Shown piece by piece: positions 37,374 to 47,703 of a DNA stretch of 64,000 nt. The notes beneath the pieces are model-generated. The model made no database searches. It was not told the origin of the DNA and was given only the letters and a program-made list of their open reading frames with translations. How positions within the stretch are numbered: position 1 is the first letter of the stretch; each line of letters opens with the position of its first letter. This DNA is from an uncultured Sphingorhabdus sp. (GTDB lineage Bacteria > Pseudomonadota > Alphaproteobacteria > Sphingomonadales > Sphingomonadaceae): contig CAUOWK010000001.1 in assembly GCA_963508315.1 (NCBI GenBank), positions 496,930-560,929 on the forward strand, given 5' to 3'. The translations under genes were made by a program, and so were the position numbers.

Positions 37374-37867
37374 GTCACCTCTCCATCATAGGCCGCCGTG
37401 GAAAAGCCGGCGGTGTTCGTGGCTGGCGTATCCCAGTCAGATGCAGATAAATCCTGCGTGAGATCGGTATTTGTCGACTGCTCGCTTGCGCCAGCTTTGA
37501 ACACGCGCGCCATAGCGAAACCGGCAGCCGCGCACGTAGCAAGGAAGGTCGCCGGGGAATTTCGGGCAAACTGGTTTACCTGTTCGACCATTTGCCGACT
37601 GTCATTCTGCTCAAGTGTATCGGCAAGTTTCTGGATCTGCTGCGCGCCCTGTTCAAGCGCCGATTTCAACCAAGCCGGTGCATCCGGCTCAAGTTGGTTT
37701 GCGGCTTTTTCGATCGTGGATGATACGACATGCACTTGGCTGACGGCGTCGCCCTTGCGTGCATCGACTTCACTGTGAAGACGGTTGACGGCAGAGGTGC
37801 CGACGCTTTTTGCATCCGCAATCAATTCGTCACGGACGCCTTTCGGATTTTCTGTTTGAGGTTGCAT
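37370..37867 (-). CDS. Hypothetical protein (ElaB/YqjD-like tail-anchored)
   Basis: FARNSPATFLATCAAAGFAMARVF membrane anchor; overlaps the next gene by 4 nt. Confidence 0.7.
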   Translation of the reverse strand: MQPQTENPKGVRDELIADAKSVGTSAVNRLHSEVDARKGDAVSQVHVVSSTIEKAANQLEPDAPAWLKSALEQGAQQIQKLADTLEQNDSRQMVEQVNQFARNSPATFLATCAAAGFAMARVFKAGASEQSTNTDLTQDLSASDWDTPATNTAGFSTAAYDGEVT

Positions 37868-37900
37868 CTCTTCGCTCTTTCTATTGTCGGGGGGAAGGAC

Positions 37901-37925
37901 AATGAATCAGCGCTGCGAAGGTTCC
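37901..37925 (-). promoter_or_regulatory. Candidate EcfG/SigT general-stress promoter GGAAC-N16-CATT
   Basis: Minus strand reads GGAAC-CTTCGCAGCGCTGATT-CATT, 34 bp upstream of the operon's first ATG. Confidence 0.65.
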
Positions 37926-37977
37926 TGCTGAATAAAATGAACGGGCCGAAAGGCGCGCCATAAAAGTTCGTTGTGCC

Positions 37978-38014
37978 AAAGGGATGGCCGCCCGCTGATA
38001 CAGACGGCCATCCC
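37978..38014 (-). terminator. Terminator of the autotransporter gene
   Basis: GGGATGGCCG...CGGCCATCCC 10-bp stem with a short U-tail on the minus strand. Confidence 0.65.
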
Positions 38015-38023
38015 AAGCGCGAT

Positions 38024-41000
38024 TTAGAAGCGGAAAGTCACCGTACCGCGATATGACTGGTTGGAAACATCGCTCCGTCCGATTGTCGTATCCGCGCCAA
38101 GGGCAACTTCAAAAGTCTCGCTCCCAAAAGCGATACCGGCGCTGGCTTCGAACCAATTTTTGTCAGTGCCCGACAAAGCAAACACAGCAGGCAAGCCTAC
38201 TCCGCCAACGAAGTTCGCACCAAATGACGCTGGCTTGTCCTCAAATTCATGGACATAATAAGCCGACGCGTAAGGACGCACTTTCATGCCGCCCGACAGC
38301 GTCAGTCCAGCCATGCCCTGCAGACTGTCAAACCGGCCACGATCAAACGCCAGCGCTGCTGCGCCAGCCGTTTCGATGGTCGGCGTAAATTCGATTCGGC
38401 TGGCCCGCATCGCAACGCGGGGACCAAATGTAAGCGAACCTGCTGCGAACGCCTTGCTCAGGCCAACTTCGCTGGACAAAGCCAAAGTGTCATCACGGCT
38501 TTGCAGACGGTATGTGACTGGGCCAAGCACGGCTGCTCGGTCTGTCTCCGCCCGGAAATTCGCCGCGCTGACTTGTGCGTCCAGTGTCAGGCCGCCTTCA
38601 TTCTGCAATTTGCCGTACAAAGTGCCTTGGAACAATTTGCCCGAAGCATTTTGTGCCGCGCCGCTGGTGGCTCCGTCAATGTCCGTATAGGATAAGGCGA
38701 AACCGATACCGGCATTCTCACCAAGTTCGGATTCCACCCCGGTCGCGATATAATAGCCATCGAAGCTGTCATCGCCACCCGCTGGAATTGCGGTCGCCAT
38801 TGGGCTGCTGCTGCCATCCAGATAGCCGCCAGCGAAGAACACGCTGACCGTATCGGGCAAGCCCGATGCCATTTGCTCTGTATCGGCATAACCCATTTCG
38901 CGTTGGCCACCCTGTGTGCGATCAGCCGATAAACGCGCCACTGCCTGAAGCGGATTACCCAAAGTTGCAACCGAGCCGCCAAAGCCGTTGGTCAAATCCA
39001 TAGAAGCCACACGGCTGCGGAAAAAACGGGTCATGTTATCGACCGCTGTCGTTCCAACGGCGCTTTTCAAAGTTTCCGTCCGCGGTGCCCAGCTTTCCAA
39101 CGTAGCCTGAATGGTCGCTGCATTCTGCAAATCGAGAAAATCATATAGCGGGCCGACATTAGTGCCCCCACGATTGCGATCTAGCAGCGCCCCATAGCTG
39201 CGCTGCACCGGCGTGTTGGCAACGACCGACCCGTAGCTACCCGCCGCCAAACGGACTTGGACATTGTTTGCGCTGTACACAAACTGGGGAGTGAGAATCG
39301 CGCTGAGTGCGCTGGTCGAGAAAGTTCCCGATACACCGCCTGCCGCCGTCAGGATGGTGAACACATCATTGGCTCGGATCGTAGCGCCGCCGGCTGGCGA
39401 GAAAATGACCCGCCCGCCCACATTCGCAAGACCGCTGCTACCGCCATTGGCAACAACGCTTAACAGGTCGGACGTGCCGCCTGCGCCAAGATCGACGGCA
39501 AAGGTGCTGCCCGATGACATGACCACATTGCCGCCAATGGTCAGCGTCCCGATCGTTCCCAATGTGCCCGGTGCAAAGTTGCCCATGACGCTAGTCAGGA
39601 AAGGCGCGTTCACGCGGCCCGTGCCGCTGAGCAAACCGGAGGTGAACAGATAGTCACCGCCGGTAGTAATCACGCCATTGTTTTGCACGATGCCCGTGGC
39701 TTGCGTGATGTCAATCAGGCTGTTGAGCGAAGCGCCATTTGCGACGGTCAGTTGCGATTGCGCACCAGCGATGGTGAACCGGTCAATGGTCACTGCCGAA
39801 TTGAGTGTGATGGTGCCTGCATTGCGCAGAGTCACATCGAAATAACGACCCGCCGTCCCTGTAGCGCGAACGCTATTAACGTTATTGGGCACAAAATTGG
39901 TGGCGCCTGGCAGTCCATTGGCAAGCGTTGCCGCAGGCAATGGTCCATCACGGAAGCCTGGAGCGGCCATTGGAGTTTCAACAGCGCCAATCATGCCGTC
40001 GCGCATCATGCCAGCGGACGCGCTGCCGCCTGCAACTGCGGCCGCAACATCGGCAACCGCAAGGCTGTCGGGGGCGGCGGCGTCAGTGACAATTGCGGTC
40101 AACACCGGCGCGCTTTCGCCAGTGCCATTTGGCGTGTTGGGCACATTGTTACGCGCCGCACCTGTGGCCAAATTTTGACATTCATTGGTCGACGGCGGTG
40201 TTGCGCTGTTGAGCGGGGACTGGAAGCAAAGCTCGCCAAATTGCGGCGCTGTCGCGACGTTGGTTCCGCCGAGTTCCGTCGGAATGCCGTTGACCAGCGC
40301 ACCGCCCGACAAGATATTATACGCAGGGTCGAGTGTCGTTACCCAGCCACTTGCGTCTTCCCAATTGCGGTTGCCTGCGTTCGCAGTGACATAGCGATAG
40401 GGGTTATTGGCCACAATCCAGTCCCAGTACAGGAACAATGGCTGGTAAAAGCTTTGCGTGCCATAGCTGCCGCCCGGTTGCCCAGCGAAGAAGGTCGACC
40501 CGCCAGACAAGACGCCCAATATGACGCTCTTGGAGAAGGTTTGGTCAAGAATGAGCGGACCACCGGAATCGCCCGGGCCAGTTGATCCCTCGCGTGTCAA
40601 AGCGTTGTCGCGGAAACCGTTGAAATCGCGTGGATTGGCCGCTGCGGTGCCGCGCGCTGGATCATCGAAGTCCAGCCAGTACAAAAGCTGCGGACGCGAG
40701 GGAGCACCAGCGGTGCCGAACAAGAACAAGTTCCGGGCGTCGATGGACGTCAGCGCGCCCAGCATGTTTTCTGCGGCGCGGCGGCGGAAGTCGTTACCGC
40801 CATTCTGGCCGGTGGTGCCGGTACCAAAGCGACCATAGCCTCCGATCGACACATGATAGCCGGTTCCTGTCGCCGGATTGATGGCCGATGGAGTTGCCAA
40901 TGGTGAAAACAGCAGGGCCCATGTCGGAATATTCCGCGTGGGTGCATCCAGCACGGCTGTTGCAATGTCTGCTTCCAAGAAACAGGAGCCCGGCGCCGTG

Positions 41001-41617
41001 CAAGATGCAGCGGCGGTTGAGGCGGAATTCCAAAATACTTGATCGATATTGTAAAACGCCTGCGCGCGATTGGTTTCAAAACGACCGGCACCGCCGGCAC
41101 CACCAAGCAACCACCTGACCAGCTCGTCTGTTTGCCCTGCCGCATTGGCGCGCGTGTTGGTTTCAAAGCCGATACCAATGCCTACGCCGCCGGACCCTGC
41201 ACCATATGCCGTCGCCGCGCGTGTGTTAACGCAGTGCGCCGCGAATAACACCACGCGGGGGTTAATCAGCGAGGCTGTGCAAAGCCCCACCGAGCCGCCA
41301 CCAGCGTCCACAATGATTTGGCCAATGCCATTGATGTTGACGGGATCACGCGCGTCGGTTGGTGTAAAATTATTATTGATGGTGATTTCGGGCGTTTCAA
41401 AAACGTCCGCCAATGCCGGCTTCGCAGCCACGCGCCATTGCGCGTCCTCGGCTGCGTCGTTCAGCGCGTCGGTCAACACGCTGTTTTCATGTGGGGTCTC
41501 TACTGCGGCGGTTGGATAGCGATCTGCTGTTTCAGCATGCGCGGCCTGCGCCAGCGCAAAGATAGCGGTCGACGCGAAAAGACCGCTTCGCACGGTTTCG
41601 GAAAATCTCTTGGTCAT
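38024..41617 (-). CDS. Autotransporter with trypsin-like serine protease passenger domain
   Basis: Signal peptide; LCTASLINPRVVLFAAHC (His), EADIATAVL (Asp), GPGDSGGPL (Ser); Gly/Thr/Asn-rich beta-helix region; C-terminal beta-barrel ending in TVTFRF. Confidence 0.88.
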   Translation of the reverse strand: MTKRFSETVRSGLFASTAIFALAQAAHAETADRYPTAAVETPHENSVLTDALNDAAEDAQWRVAAKPALADVFETPEITINNNFTPTDARDPVNINGIGQIIVDAGGGSVGLCTASLINPRVVLFAAHCVNTRAATAYGAGSGGVGIGIGFETNTRANAAGQTDELVRWLLGGAGGAGRFETNRAQAFYNIDQVFWNSASTAAASCTAPGSCFLEADIATAVLDAPTRNIPTWALLFSPLATPSAINPATGTGYHVSIGGYGRFGTGTTGQNGGNDFRRRAAENMLGALTSIDARNLFLFGTAGAPSRPQLLYWLDFDDPARGTAAANPRDFNGFRDNALTREGSTGPGDSGGPLILDQTFSKSVILGVLSGGSTFFAGQPGGSYGTQSFYQPLFLYWDWIVANNPYRYVTANAGNRNWEDASGWVTTLDPAYNILSGGALVNGIPTELGGTNVATAPQFGELCFQSPLNSATPPSTNECQNLATGAARNNVPNTPNGTGESAPVLTAIVTDAAAPDSLAVADVAAAVAGGSASAGMMRDGMIGAVETPMAAPGFRDGPLPAATLANGLPGATNFVPNNVNSVRATGTAGRYFDVTLRNAGTITLNSAVTIDRFTIAGAQSQLTVANGASLNSLIDITQATGIVQNNGVITTGGDYLFTSGLLSGTGRVNAPFLTSVMGNFAPGTLGTIGTLTIGGNVVMSSGSTFAVDLGAGGTSDLLSVVANGGSSGLANVGGRVIFSPAGGATIRANDVFTILTAAGGVSGTFSTSALSAILTPQFVYSANNVQVRLAAGSYGSVVANTPVQRSYGALLDRNRGGTNVGPLYDFLDLQNAATIQATLESWAPRTETLKSAVGTTAVDNMTRFFRSRVASMDLTNGFGGSVATLGNPLQAVARLSADRTQGGQREMGYADTEQMASGLPDTVSVFFAGGYLDGSSSPMATAIPAGGDDSFDGYYIATGVESELGENAGIGFALSYTDIDGATSGAAQNASGKLFQGTLYGKLQNEGGLTLDAQVSAANFRAETDRAAVLGPVTYRLQSRDDTLALSSEVGLSKAFAAGSLTFGPRVAMRASRIEFTPTIETAGAAALAFDRGRFDSLQGMAGLTLSGGMKVRPYASAYYVHEFEDKPASFGANFVGGVGLPAVFALSGTDKNWFEASAGIAFGSETFEVALGADTTIGRSDVSNQSYRGTVTFRF

Positions 41618-41731
41618 GCAGCAAACTCCCTATTTGCAGCGAGTGATTCTCGCTTTGATAGGTTTTGCTAACACGCACTTTCGATTATCGGAATTGAAAT
41701 GTTATTAAATGTTAACTTTAAAACAATCGAC

Positions 41732-42445
41732 TCAATCAGGTTCCGAATTGTCATACCGCATTTCTAAATACCGGCCTCTGACGGCAAGCTTATCTAGTTC
41801 GCCACGTGATATTTGTCCGGTCATTGTTTCAATTTCCCGGTCAATTAGTTTAAGTCCATCAACAAGTTGCTGTGATGGCGTCTTCCCTGCATGCTCCTTA
41901 TGCTTCAGACTGTCAGGGATACGTTTATAGCCGTTGATGAGCTCGGGCAGATGCTCTCCGACCAGTTTGCGCACTTCGCGCGCGGCGGGATCGTTCTCAT
42001 CCAATGTCTGCAATTGCGGTGCGAGCTGATCGAGGCGAAGGCCGATATCTTGCATCAGCGTGACTGCAGGTGCGGGTAAAGCAGGACGCTGCGCCTCCAG
42101 CCATATTTCGGTTTTACCAGCAAGCGTGCCCAAATCGGTTTGACGCAGCGTCTCTGTCGTCGGCATCGGCATTTCAGGGTAACGCATGAACACATAAGCC
42201 GCAGCAGCGCCCAATATGCCCGTAATCATCACACCCCAGAAACCAATGCCATCGACAATCGCGCCGACCACACCGGCACCAATTAACAACGCACCTACGG
42301 CAACGGTGGCCTTGCTGACCTTGCCCCAAAAATGCGCGCGCCGCAGCGCCTGGCTTTTACTTCCAATCGGCGCCATGCGGACATTACGCAGCGACCGCGC
42401 GGCGGCGTTCAGGGTATCATCGGATTGGGACGCGGGGCTGTTCAT
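41732..42445 (-). CDS. Membrane protein, partner of TelA (XpaC-like)
   Basis: Two N-terminal TM helices, then a helical domain (EHLPELINGY..LEMRY); immediately downstream of the telA-like gene. Confidence 0.65.
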   Translation of the reverse strand: MNSPASQSDDTLNAAARSLRNVRMAPIGSKSQALRRAHFWGKVSKATVAVGALLIGAGVVGAIVDGIGFWGVMITGILGAAAAYVFMRYPEMPMPTTETLRQTDLGTLAGKTEIWLEAQRPALPAPAVTLMQDIGLRLDQLAPQLQTLDENDPAAREVRKLVGEHLPELINGYKRIPDSLKHKEHAGKTPSQQLVDGLKLIDREIETMTGQISRGELDKLAVRGRYLEMRYDNSEPD

Positions 42446-42491
42446 TCAACTGTTTCCATCGCGTCATGCCTGTTTAAATGGATACGCAAAA

Positions 42492-43697
42492 CTATCCCTC
42501 CAGCGACAGCAAGCCGCTGTCCTGTACTGATTTGGTCGCCTGCGCCTGCCCTTCGGCGCGTGCAATGTACCCCTTGGACTTTTCCACTTCCTGTTCCAGC
42601 GCGACAGAGGTCTGCTTCATGCTCTCCAGCGCCTTCAACTTGAACGTGTCGATAGCGTCCATCGTGTCGTAGATATTCTGGAAGGCACGGCTTAATGTTT
42701 CGAGCGGAATGGTTGCACCAGCCGCCTGCTCATGAATGCGCGCGGTGTTATCTCGCAGCAGCTGACCTGTGCTGTCGATAATATTCGCTGTGGTGGTATT
42801 GAGCGAGGTTATCTGGTCCAGAACCAGTTTCTGGTTGGTCATTGCTTGTGCCACAGTCACCGCCGTACGAAGCGCGCCGACGGTAGTGGTGGAGGCACGG
42901 TCAACGCCCTTCACCAACTCCACATTATTCTTCTTTACAAGGTCCAGCGCAAGATAGCCCTGCACCGTCACAGCCATTTGGGTCAGCAAATCCTGCGTGC
43001 GTTGGCGCACATAGAACAACGCGCTTTCCTTGATAGCGCGTGATTTGGCGGGGTCGGATAACTCAAGATCCGCCGCCTTTTCCTCCAGCTTGGCATCCAG
43101 TTGCTTGGACATGACAATCATCTGCTCAAGCTTGCCCATGGCAACCCACAGATTTTGCCGTTCGACGTCAATCGCGGCATTATCCATCAACAGCTCGTCC
43201 TTGCCATTGCCAAGACGACCCAGGATGGAACTGATGTGGGTTTGCGAACTTTGGTAGCTGTCGAAATAATTGCGTAATTTGCTACCGAACGGGATGATGC
43301 CAAACAGCTTTTGCTTGGTCATCAGATTGCCCTTTTTGGAAGGGTCCAAATCTTCGACAACACGGCGCAATTCGGCAAGATCAGCACCAACGCCCGAACT
43401 TTCATCCATGCGGCGGATCGGTTTATCGAGGAAACGGTTCGACTGCGCCGATGCCTCCATGATTTCCTTGCGCCCCATATTGGTAAGCTGGTCCACGCGC
43501 TTGCCGAATTCGGGGCTATTGACGTCCTGCGCGATTAAATCCGCGACATAGGCTTCCACCCGCTGCGCCAACTGGCTTTGCTGTTCGTCAGTAACAGGAA
43601 CAAGTCCCATCGCCTGCTGCGGCGCAACTGTCGGCACAGGATCGGGCGGCGTGAGTTTCAGTTCCTGAAGTGGCTGGGTCACAGTTTCGGTCGACAT
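42492..43697 (-). CDS. Toxic anion resistance protein (TelA/KlaA family)
   Basis: LDPSKKG..KLFGIIPFG..YFDSYQS; long coiled coil; NNVELVKGVDRASTTTVGALRTAV. Confidence 0.88.
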   Translation of the reverse strand: MSTETVTQPLQELKLTPPDPVPTVAPQQAMGLVPVTDEQQSQLAQRVEAYVADLIAQDVNSPEFGKRVDQLTNMGRKEIMEASAQSNRFLDKPIRRMDESSGVGADLAELRRVVEDLDPSKKGNLMTKQKLFGIIPFGSKLRNYFDSYQSSQTHISSILGRLGNGKDELLMDNAAIDVERQNLWVAMGKLEQMIVMSKQLDAKLEEKAADLELSDPAKSRAIKESALFYVRQRTQDLLTQMAVTVQGYLALDLVKKNNVELVKGVDRASTTTVGALRTAVTVAQAMTNQKLVLDQITSLNTTTANIIDSTGQLLRDNTARIHEQAAGATIPLETLSRAFQNIYDTMDAIDTFKLKALESMKQTSVALEQEVEKSKGYIARAEGQAQATKSVQDSGLLSLEG

Positions 43698-43777
43698 CGC
43701 AAATTCCCTCTGGCCTTAACTTACCAACAGATGGAACGAGCGCCCGACCATTTCAAGCACTTCCGTCCCCAGCTGTA

Positions 43778-44506
43778 TTATTTTTCTAATACAGTTTCAT
43801 TTTGGGCCTTCAAAGCCGCTTCGACCAGAGGCGATAATCCTTCGACAACCCGCGATACGCCTTTTGCGTTGGGATGGATGCCGTCCGGCAGCATCATCGC
43901 CGCATCTGTGACGACATTATCAAGGAAAAACGGATATAAGGGCGCACTATATTCCTTGGCCAATTCCGGAAATATCGCATTGAAGGCGCCGGCATAATCC
44001 TGGCCCAAATTGGGGGCAGCGAGCATGCCGGTCAGCACGACCGGGATCTGGCGCTTGCGCAGTTCATCAAGCATTGCTTCCATATTCGAACGCGTTTCGG
44101 CAGGTTTAATCCCGCGCAACATGTCGTTGCCGCCAAGACCCACCACCACCAAATCGGGCTTGCGCTCCAGATTGTCGAGCACAAAGGCCAGCCGCGTTCG
44201 GCCCGCCGCAGTCGTATCGCCCGACACGCCGGCATTATGGACGCGGGCGTTGATACCGTCGGCCTTCAGCGCCGCCTGCAATTGCGGGGCAAGACCCTCA
44301 TTGGGCGCGAGGCGATAACCGGCATACAAACTGTCGCCAAACGCGACGACGAGCTTGTCATATTGCGCAGGCGCTTCGCTCTTTGCAGAGGCTGGTTCGC
44401 TTTTCGTCGATTCCGCGGCTGGTCCGCAGCCAACTAGCACTTGGAGAAGCAGGGCAAGCGCCCCATATACACCAAAATTACGTTTCAAAAGGCTATCTCC
44501 TTGCAC
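43778..44506 (-). CDS. tesA: Arylesterase / acyl-CoA thioesterase I (SGNH hydrolase)
   Basis: FGDSLYAGY, NAGVSGDTT, GLGGND, DGIHP blocks; divergent from the ybbA-like gene. Confidence 0.88.
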   Translation of the reverse strand: MQGDSLLKRNFGVYGALALLLQVLVGCGPAAESTKSEPASAKSEAPAQYDKLVVAFGDSLYAGYRLAPNEGLAPQLQAALKADGINARVHNAGVSGDTTAAGRTRLAFVLDNLERKPDLVVVGLGGNDMLRGIKPAETRSNMEAMLDELRKRQIPVVLTGMLAAPNLGQDYAGAFNAIFPELAKEYSAPLYPFFLDNVVTDAAMMLPDGIHPNAKGVSRVVEGLSPLVEAALKAQNETVLEK

Positions 44507-44530
44507 GCTCCCATCACGTCCTCGCCGGAT

Positions 44531-45196
44531 ATGGCAATCCGCGCCGCAAATGTCACCCTTAGCCTTGGCTCTAACGACGCCGAGGTGTCGATTTTACGCG
44601 GTGTCGACCTTGAAGTACCATATGACAGCAGTGTCGCGTTGCTTGGCCCGTCGGGTTCCGGCAAGTCGTCGTTGATGGCGGTGCTGGCGGGATTGGAGCA
44701 GGCGAACGGCGGGAGCGTGCTGGTTGACGGTCTTGATTTCACTAAGCTGGATGAAGACGAACTCGCCCGCGCACGTCGGGGCCGTATTGGTATTGTCCTG
44801 CAGGCGTTTCACTTGCTGCCCACGATGACGGCGCTGGAAAATGTCGCCATTCCCATGGAGTTGGCGGGAATTGATGACCCGTTTGGCCGTGCGAAGGCGG
44901 AGTTGGAAGCCGTTGGCCTTGGCCATCGTCTGACGCATTATCCGTCGCAACTGTCTGGCGGAGAGCAGCAACGCGTGGCGATTGCCCGCGCAATGGCCGC
45001 TACCCCCAAAATCATTTTCGCTGATGAACCGACGGGAAATCTGGATGGCTCAACCGGCACATCGATCATCGACCTTTTGTTCGAACGCCGCGCTGCTCTG
45101 GGGGCAACGCTTCTGATCATCACCCACGATCCGGACCTCGCCAAAAAATGTGACCGCGTGATCGTAATGCAAGACGGCCATGTGGTGGAGGCGTGA
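44531..45196 (+). CDS. ABC transporter ATP-binding protein (YbbA-like)
   Basis: GPSGSGKS Walker A, LSGGEQQR signature, IFADEPTGNLD Walker B. Confidence 0.92.
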   Translation: MAIRAANVTLSLGSNDAEVSILRGVDLEVPYDSSVALLGPSGSGKSSLMAVLAGLEQANGGSVLVDGLDFTKLDEDELARARRGRIGIVLQAFHLLPTMTALENVAIPMELAGIDDPFGRAKAELEAVGLGHRLTHYPSQLSGGEQQRVAIARAMAATPKIIFADEPTGNLDGSTGTSIIDLLFERRAALGATLLIITHDPDLAKKCDRVIVMQDGHVVEA

Positions 45197-47696
45197 GTTG
45201 AGCCTTTCCCTAGCCGCCATCTGGCGCATCTCACGTCGCGACCTTTCGGCACGCATCCGCGGGCTTCGGCTGCTCGCGATCTGCCTGTTTCTGGGCGTCG
45301 CGACATTGGCGGCCATCGGCAGCCTGACCGCTGGAATTTCCGACGAACTTTCCCGCCGTGGGCAAACCATCCTTGGCGGCGACATTGAAATCGGCATTGC
45401 CCAACGCAAAGCAAACGCGGCCGAAATGGCGGCGATGCGCAAGGTCGGGGCTGTGTCCGAAACTGTTCGCCTGCGCGCTATGGCCATTGGAAGCGACAGC
45501 CTGCTCGCCGAACTGAAAGCCATCGACAGCGTCTATCCGCATTATGGCACGCTCAAATTGCGTGACGGTGGCCCCGCCAAGGCTCCGGCAAAGGGAGACA
45601 TTTACATCGGGCCGACATTATCCGAGCGGCTGGAAATCAACACTGGTGAAAACGTGCGCTTCGGTGAAGCAACGTTCAAGGTCGCCGGCATCATCGCCGA
45701 AGAACCAGACCGGCTTGGCGAAGGCTTCACGCTTGGCCCCGTCGCTATCATCAACATGGCTTCCCTGCCCGACACTGGCCTCATCCAGCCGGGCAGCATG
45801 TATGAAAGCAAATATCGCATCAAGCTTGGCCCGCAAGAAGACGCCGCCGTCGTCGCCAAGGCGTTAGAAGCGCAATTTCCGTCGGCTGGCTGGGATATCA
45901 CGGACCGTTCGAACGGCGCACCCGGAACGCGCCGCTTCATTGAACGCATGGGACAGTTTTTGACGCTGGTTGGCCTTGCCGCTTTGGTCATCGCTGGGAT
46001 CGGCGTTGGGAATGGCGTCGGCAGCTATCTTGCCAGCAAACGCGCGAGCATCGCCACGTTGAAGGTGACGGGCGCAGACAGCCAGACGATTTTCCGCATC
46101 TACATGCTGCAAATATTGGCGGTTGCTGCTGCGGCGATTTTGGTCGGCCTTGCAGTTGGTAGCGTCATGCCGATGGCCATTGGCTGGGTCGCCGGTGACA
46201 TTTTGCCTGTTGCACCGGGGTTCAACCTTCATCCCTTGCCGCTACTGGTAAGCGCCATTTACGGATTGCTGATCGCCATCGCCTTTGCGCTTCCTCCGCT
46301 CGCCCGCGCACGGACGGTTCCAGCCGCAGGTCTGTTCCGTGCGATTGTCGAGGGCAATGCGCGCATTGACCGGCGCAGCACGATTTGGGTCGTGGCTGCC
46401 ATTTCCGCGATTGTTGCCCTTGCGGTCGTTACTGCGCGCGAGCCCTTGTTCTCGCTGGCGTTCATTGGCGCGGCGTTTGGCTTACTATTGCTTCTAACGG
46501 GCATCGCGTTTCTGCTGCGCTTCATTGCCATTCGCCTGCCACGTCCCAAGGCGCCGCTGCCGCGCCTTGCGCTCGCCAACTTGCATCGGCCCGGCGCGCA
46601 AACGCAGGCGCTTGTGGTTGCTTTGGGCCTTGGTCTGACCTTGTTTGTGACCTTGGCAGCGATCCAGACCAGCATCAATAACGAGATCAAAAACAGCGTT
46701 CCCGAACGCGCGCCGAGCTTCTTCGTGCTCGATATTCCGCGCGACGGCGCTGCGAAATTTACCAGCATGGTCAAAGAGGCGGATCCAAACGCCACCATCA
46801 ACCTGATCCCCGCGCTGCGTGGCACGATCATCGAATATGGCGGCCAGCGTGTCGATGAGCTTGAGGAACTTCCGGAAGGCGCGTGGGTCCTCAACGGTGA
46901 TCGCGGCCTGACTTATAGCGCGGAGATCCCGAAAGGCAGCGAGTTGGTCGAGGGCGAATGGTGGCCAGCCGATTACAAAGGCCCTGCCCTCGTCAGCCTT
47001 GACGCCGAAATCGCCAAGGTCTTGGACGTCGGCATCGGAGATAGCCTGACCGTCAGCCTGCTCGGCGTGGAGGTCCCCGCCAAGATTGCCTCACTGCGCA
47101 CGGTAAATTGGGAAAATTTCGGCCTGAATTATGTCATGGTATTTTCGCCGGGCAGCCTCGACGCCGCCCCGCACAATATGGTTGCGACTCTTACGGTGTC
47201 GAAACCGGCCGAACGCGTATTGGCCAAATCCTTGCCGCCCGCCTTTCCTTCCTCCTCGCTGATCGAGGTCGGCGAAGTCACCGCACAGATAACGACGCTA
47301 TTGACGCAAATGGCGCAAGCCATCGCGGCGGCAGCCTCAATCGCCATACTTGCGGGCATTGCCGTGCTGGTGGGCGCCATCGCCGCAGCCCGGCAATCGT
47401 GCATTTACGATAGCGTCATCATGAAGATGCTGGGCAGTACAAGACGCCAGATACTGGGCGCGCAGGCGCTGGAATATGGCATATTGGCGGTCGTACTCGG
47501 GTTGCTGTCACTGGCGCTTGGCATGGGCGCGGCCTATTATGTCGTCGTCCAGATATTCGACTTCAACTTCGCGCCCGACTGGGGTGTGCTCGCCATCACG
47601 CTTGTCGGTGGTGCTGGCTTGACCTTCGTGCTGGGTATCGTCGGGTCATTGCCGATACTGGCCGCCCGGCCTTCGGAGGCTTTGCGTTCGCTCTAA
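45180..47696 (+). CDS. FtsX/MacB-like ABC permease (YbbP-like)
   Basis: Two FtsX halves; LGGDIEI, ELKAIDSVYPHYG, IATLKVTGA, PSFFVLDI motifs; start may be a few codons later. Confidence 0.9.
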   Translation: MWWRRELSLSLAAIWRISRRDLSARIRGLRLLAICLFLGVATLAAIGSLTAGISDELSRRGQTILGGDIEIGIAQRKANAAEMAAMRKVGAVSETVRLRAMAIGSDSLLAELKAIDSVYPHYGTLKLRDGGPAKAPAKGDIYIGPTLSERLEINTGENVRFGEATFKVAGIIAEEPDRLGEGFTLGPVAIINMASLPDTGLIQPGSMYESKYRIKLGPQEDAAVVAKALEAQFPSAGWDITDRSNGAPGTRRFIERMGQFLTLVGLAALVIAGIGVGNGVGSYLASKRASIATLKVTGADSQTIFRIYMLQILAVAAAAILVGLAVGSVMPMAIGWVAGDILPVAPGFNLHPLPLLVSAIYGLLIAIAFALPPLARARTVPAAGLFRAIVEGNARIDRRSTIWVVAAISAIVALAVVTAREPLFSLAFIGAAFGLLLLLTGIAFLLRFIAIRLPRPKAPLPRLALANLHRPGAQTQALVVALGLGLTLFVTLAAIQTSINNEIKNSVPERAPSFFVLDIPRDGAAKFTSMVKEADPNATINLIPALRGTIIEYGGQRVDELEELPEGAWVLNGDRGLTYSAEIPKGSELVEGEWWPADYKGPALVSLDAEIAKVLDVGIGDSLTVSLLGVEVPAKIASLRTVNWENFGLNYVMVFSPGSLDAAPHNMVATLTVSKPAERVLAKSLPPAFPSSSLIEVGEVTAQITTLLTQMAQAIAAAASIAILAGIAVLVGAIAAARQSCIYDSVIMKMLGSTRRQILGAQALEYGILAVVLGLLSLALGMGAAYYVVVQIFDFNFAPDWGVLAITLVGGAGLTFVLGIVGSLPILAARPSEALRSL

Positions 47697-47703
47697 AACA
47701 ATT

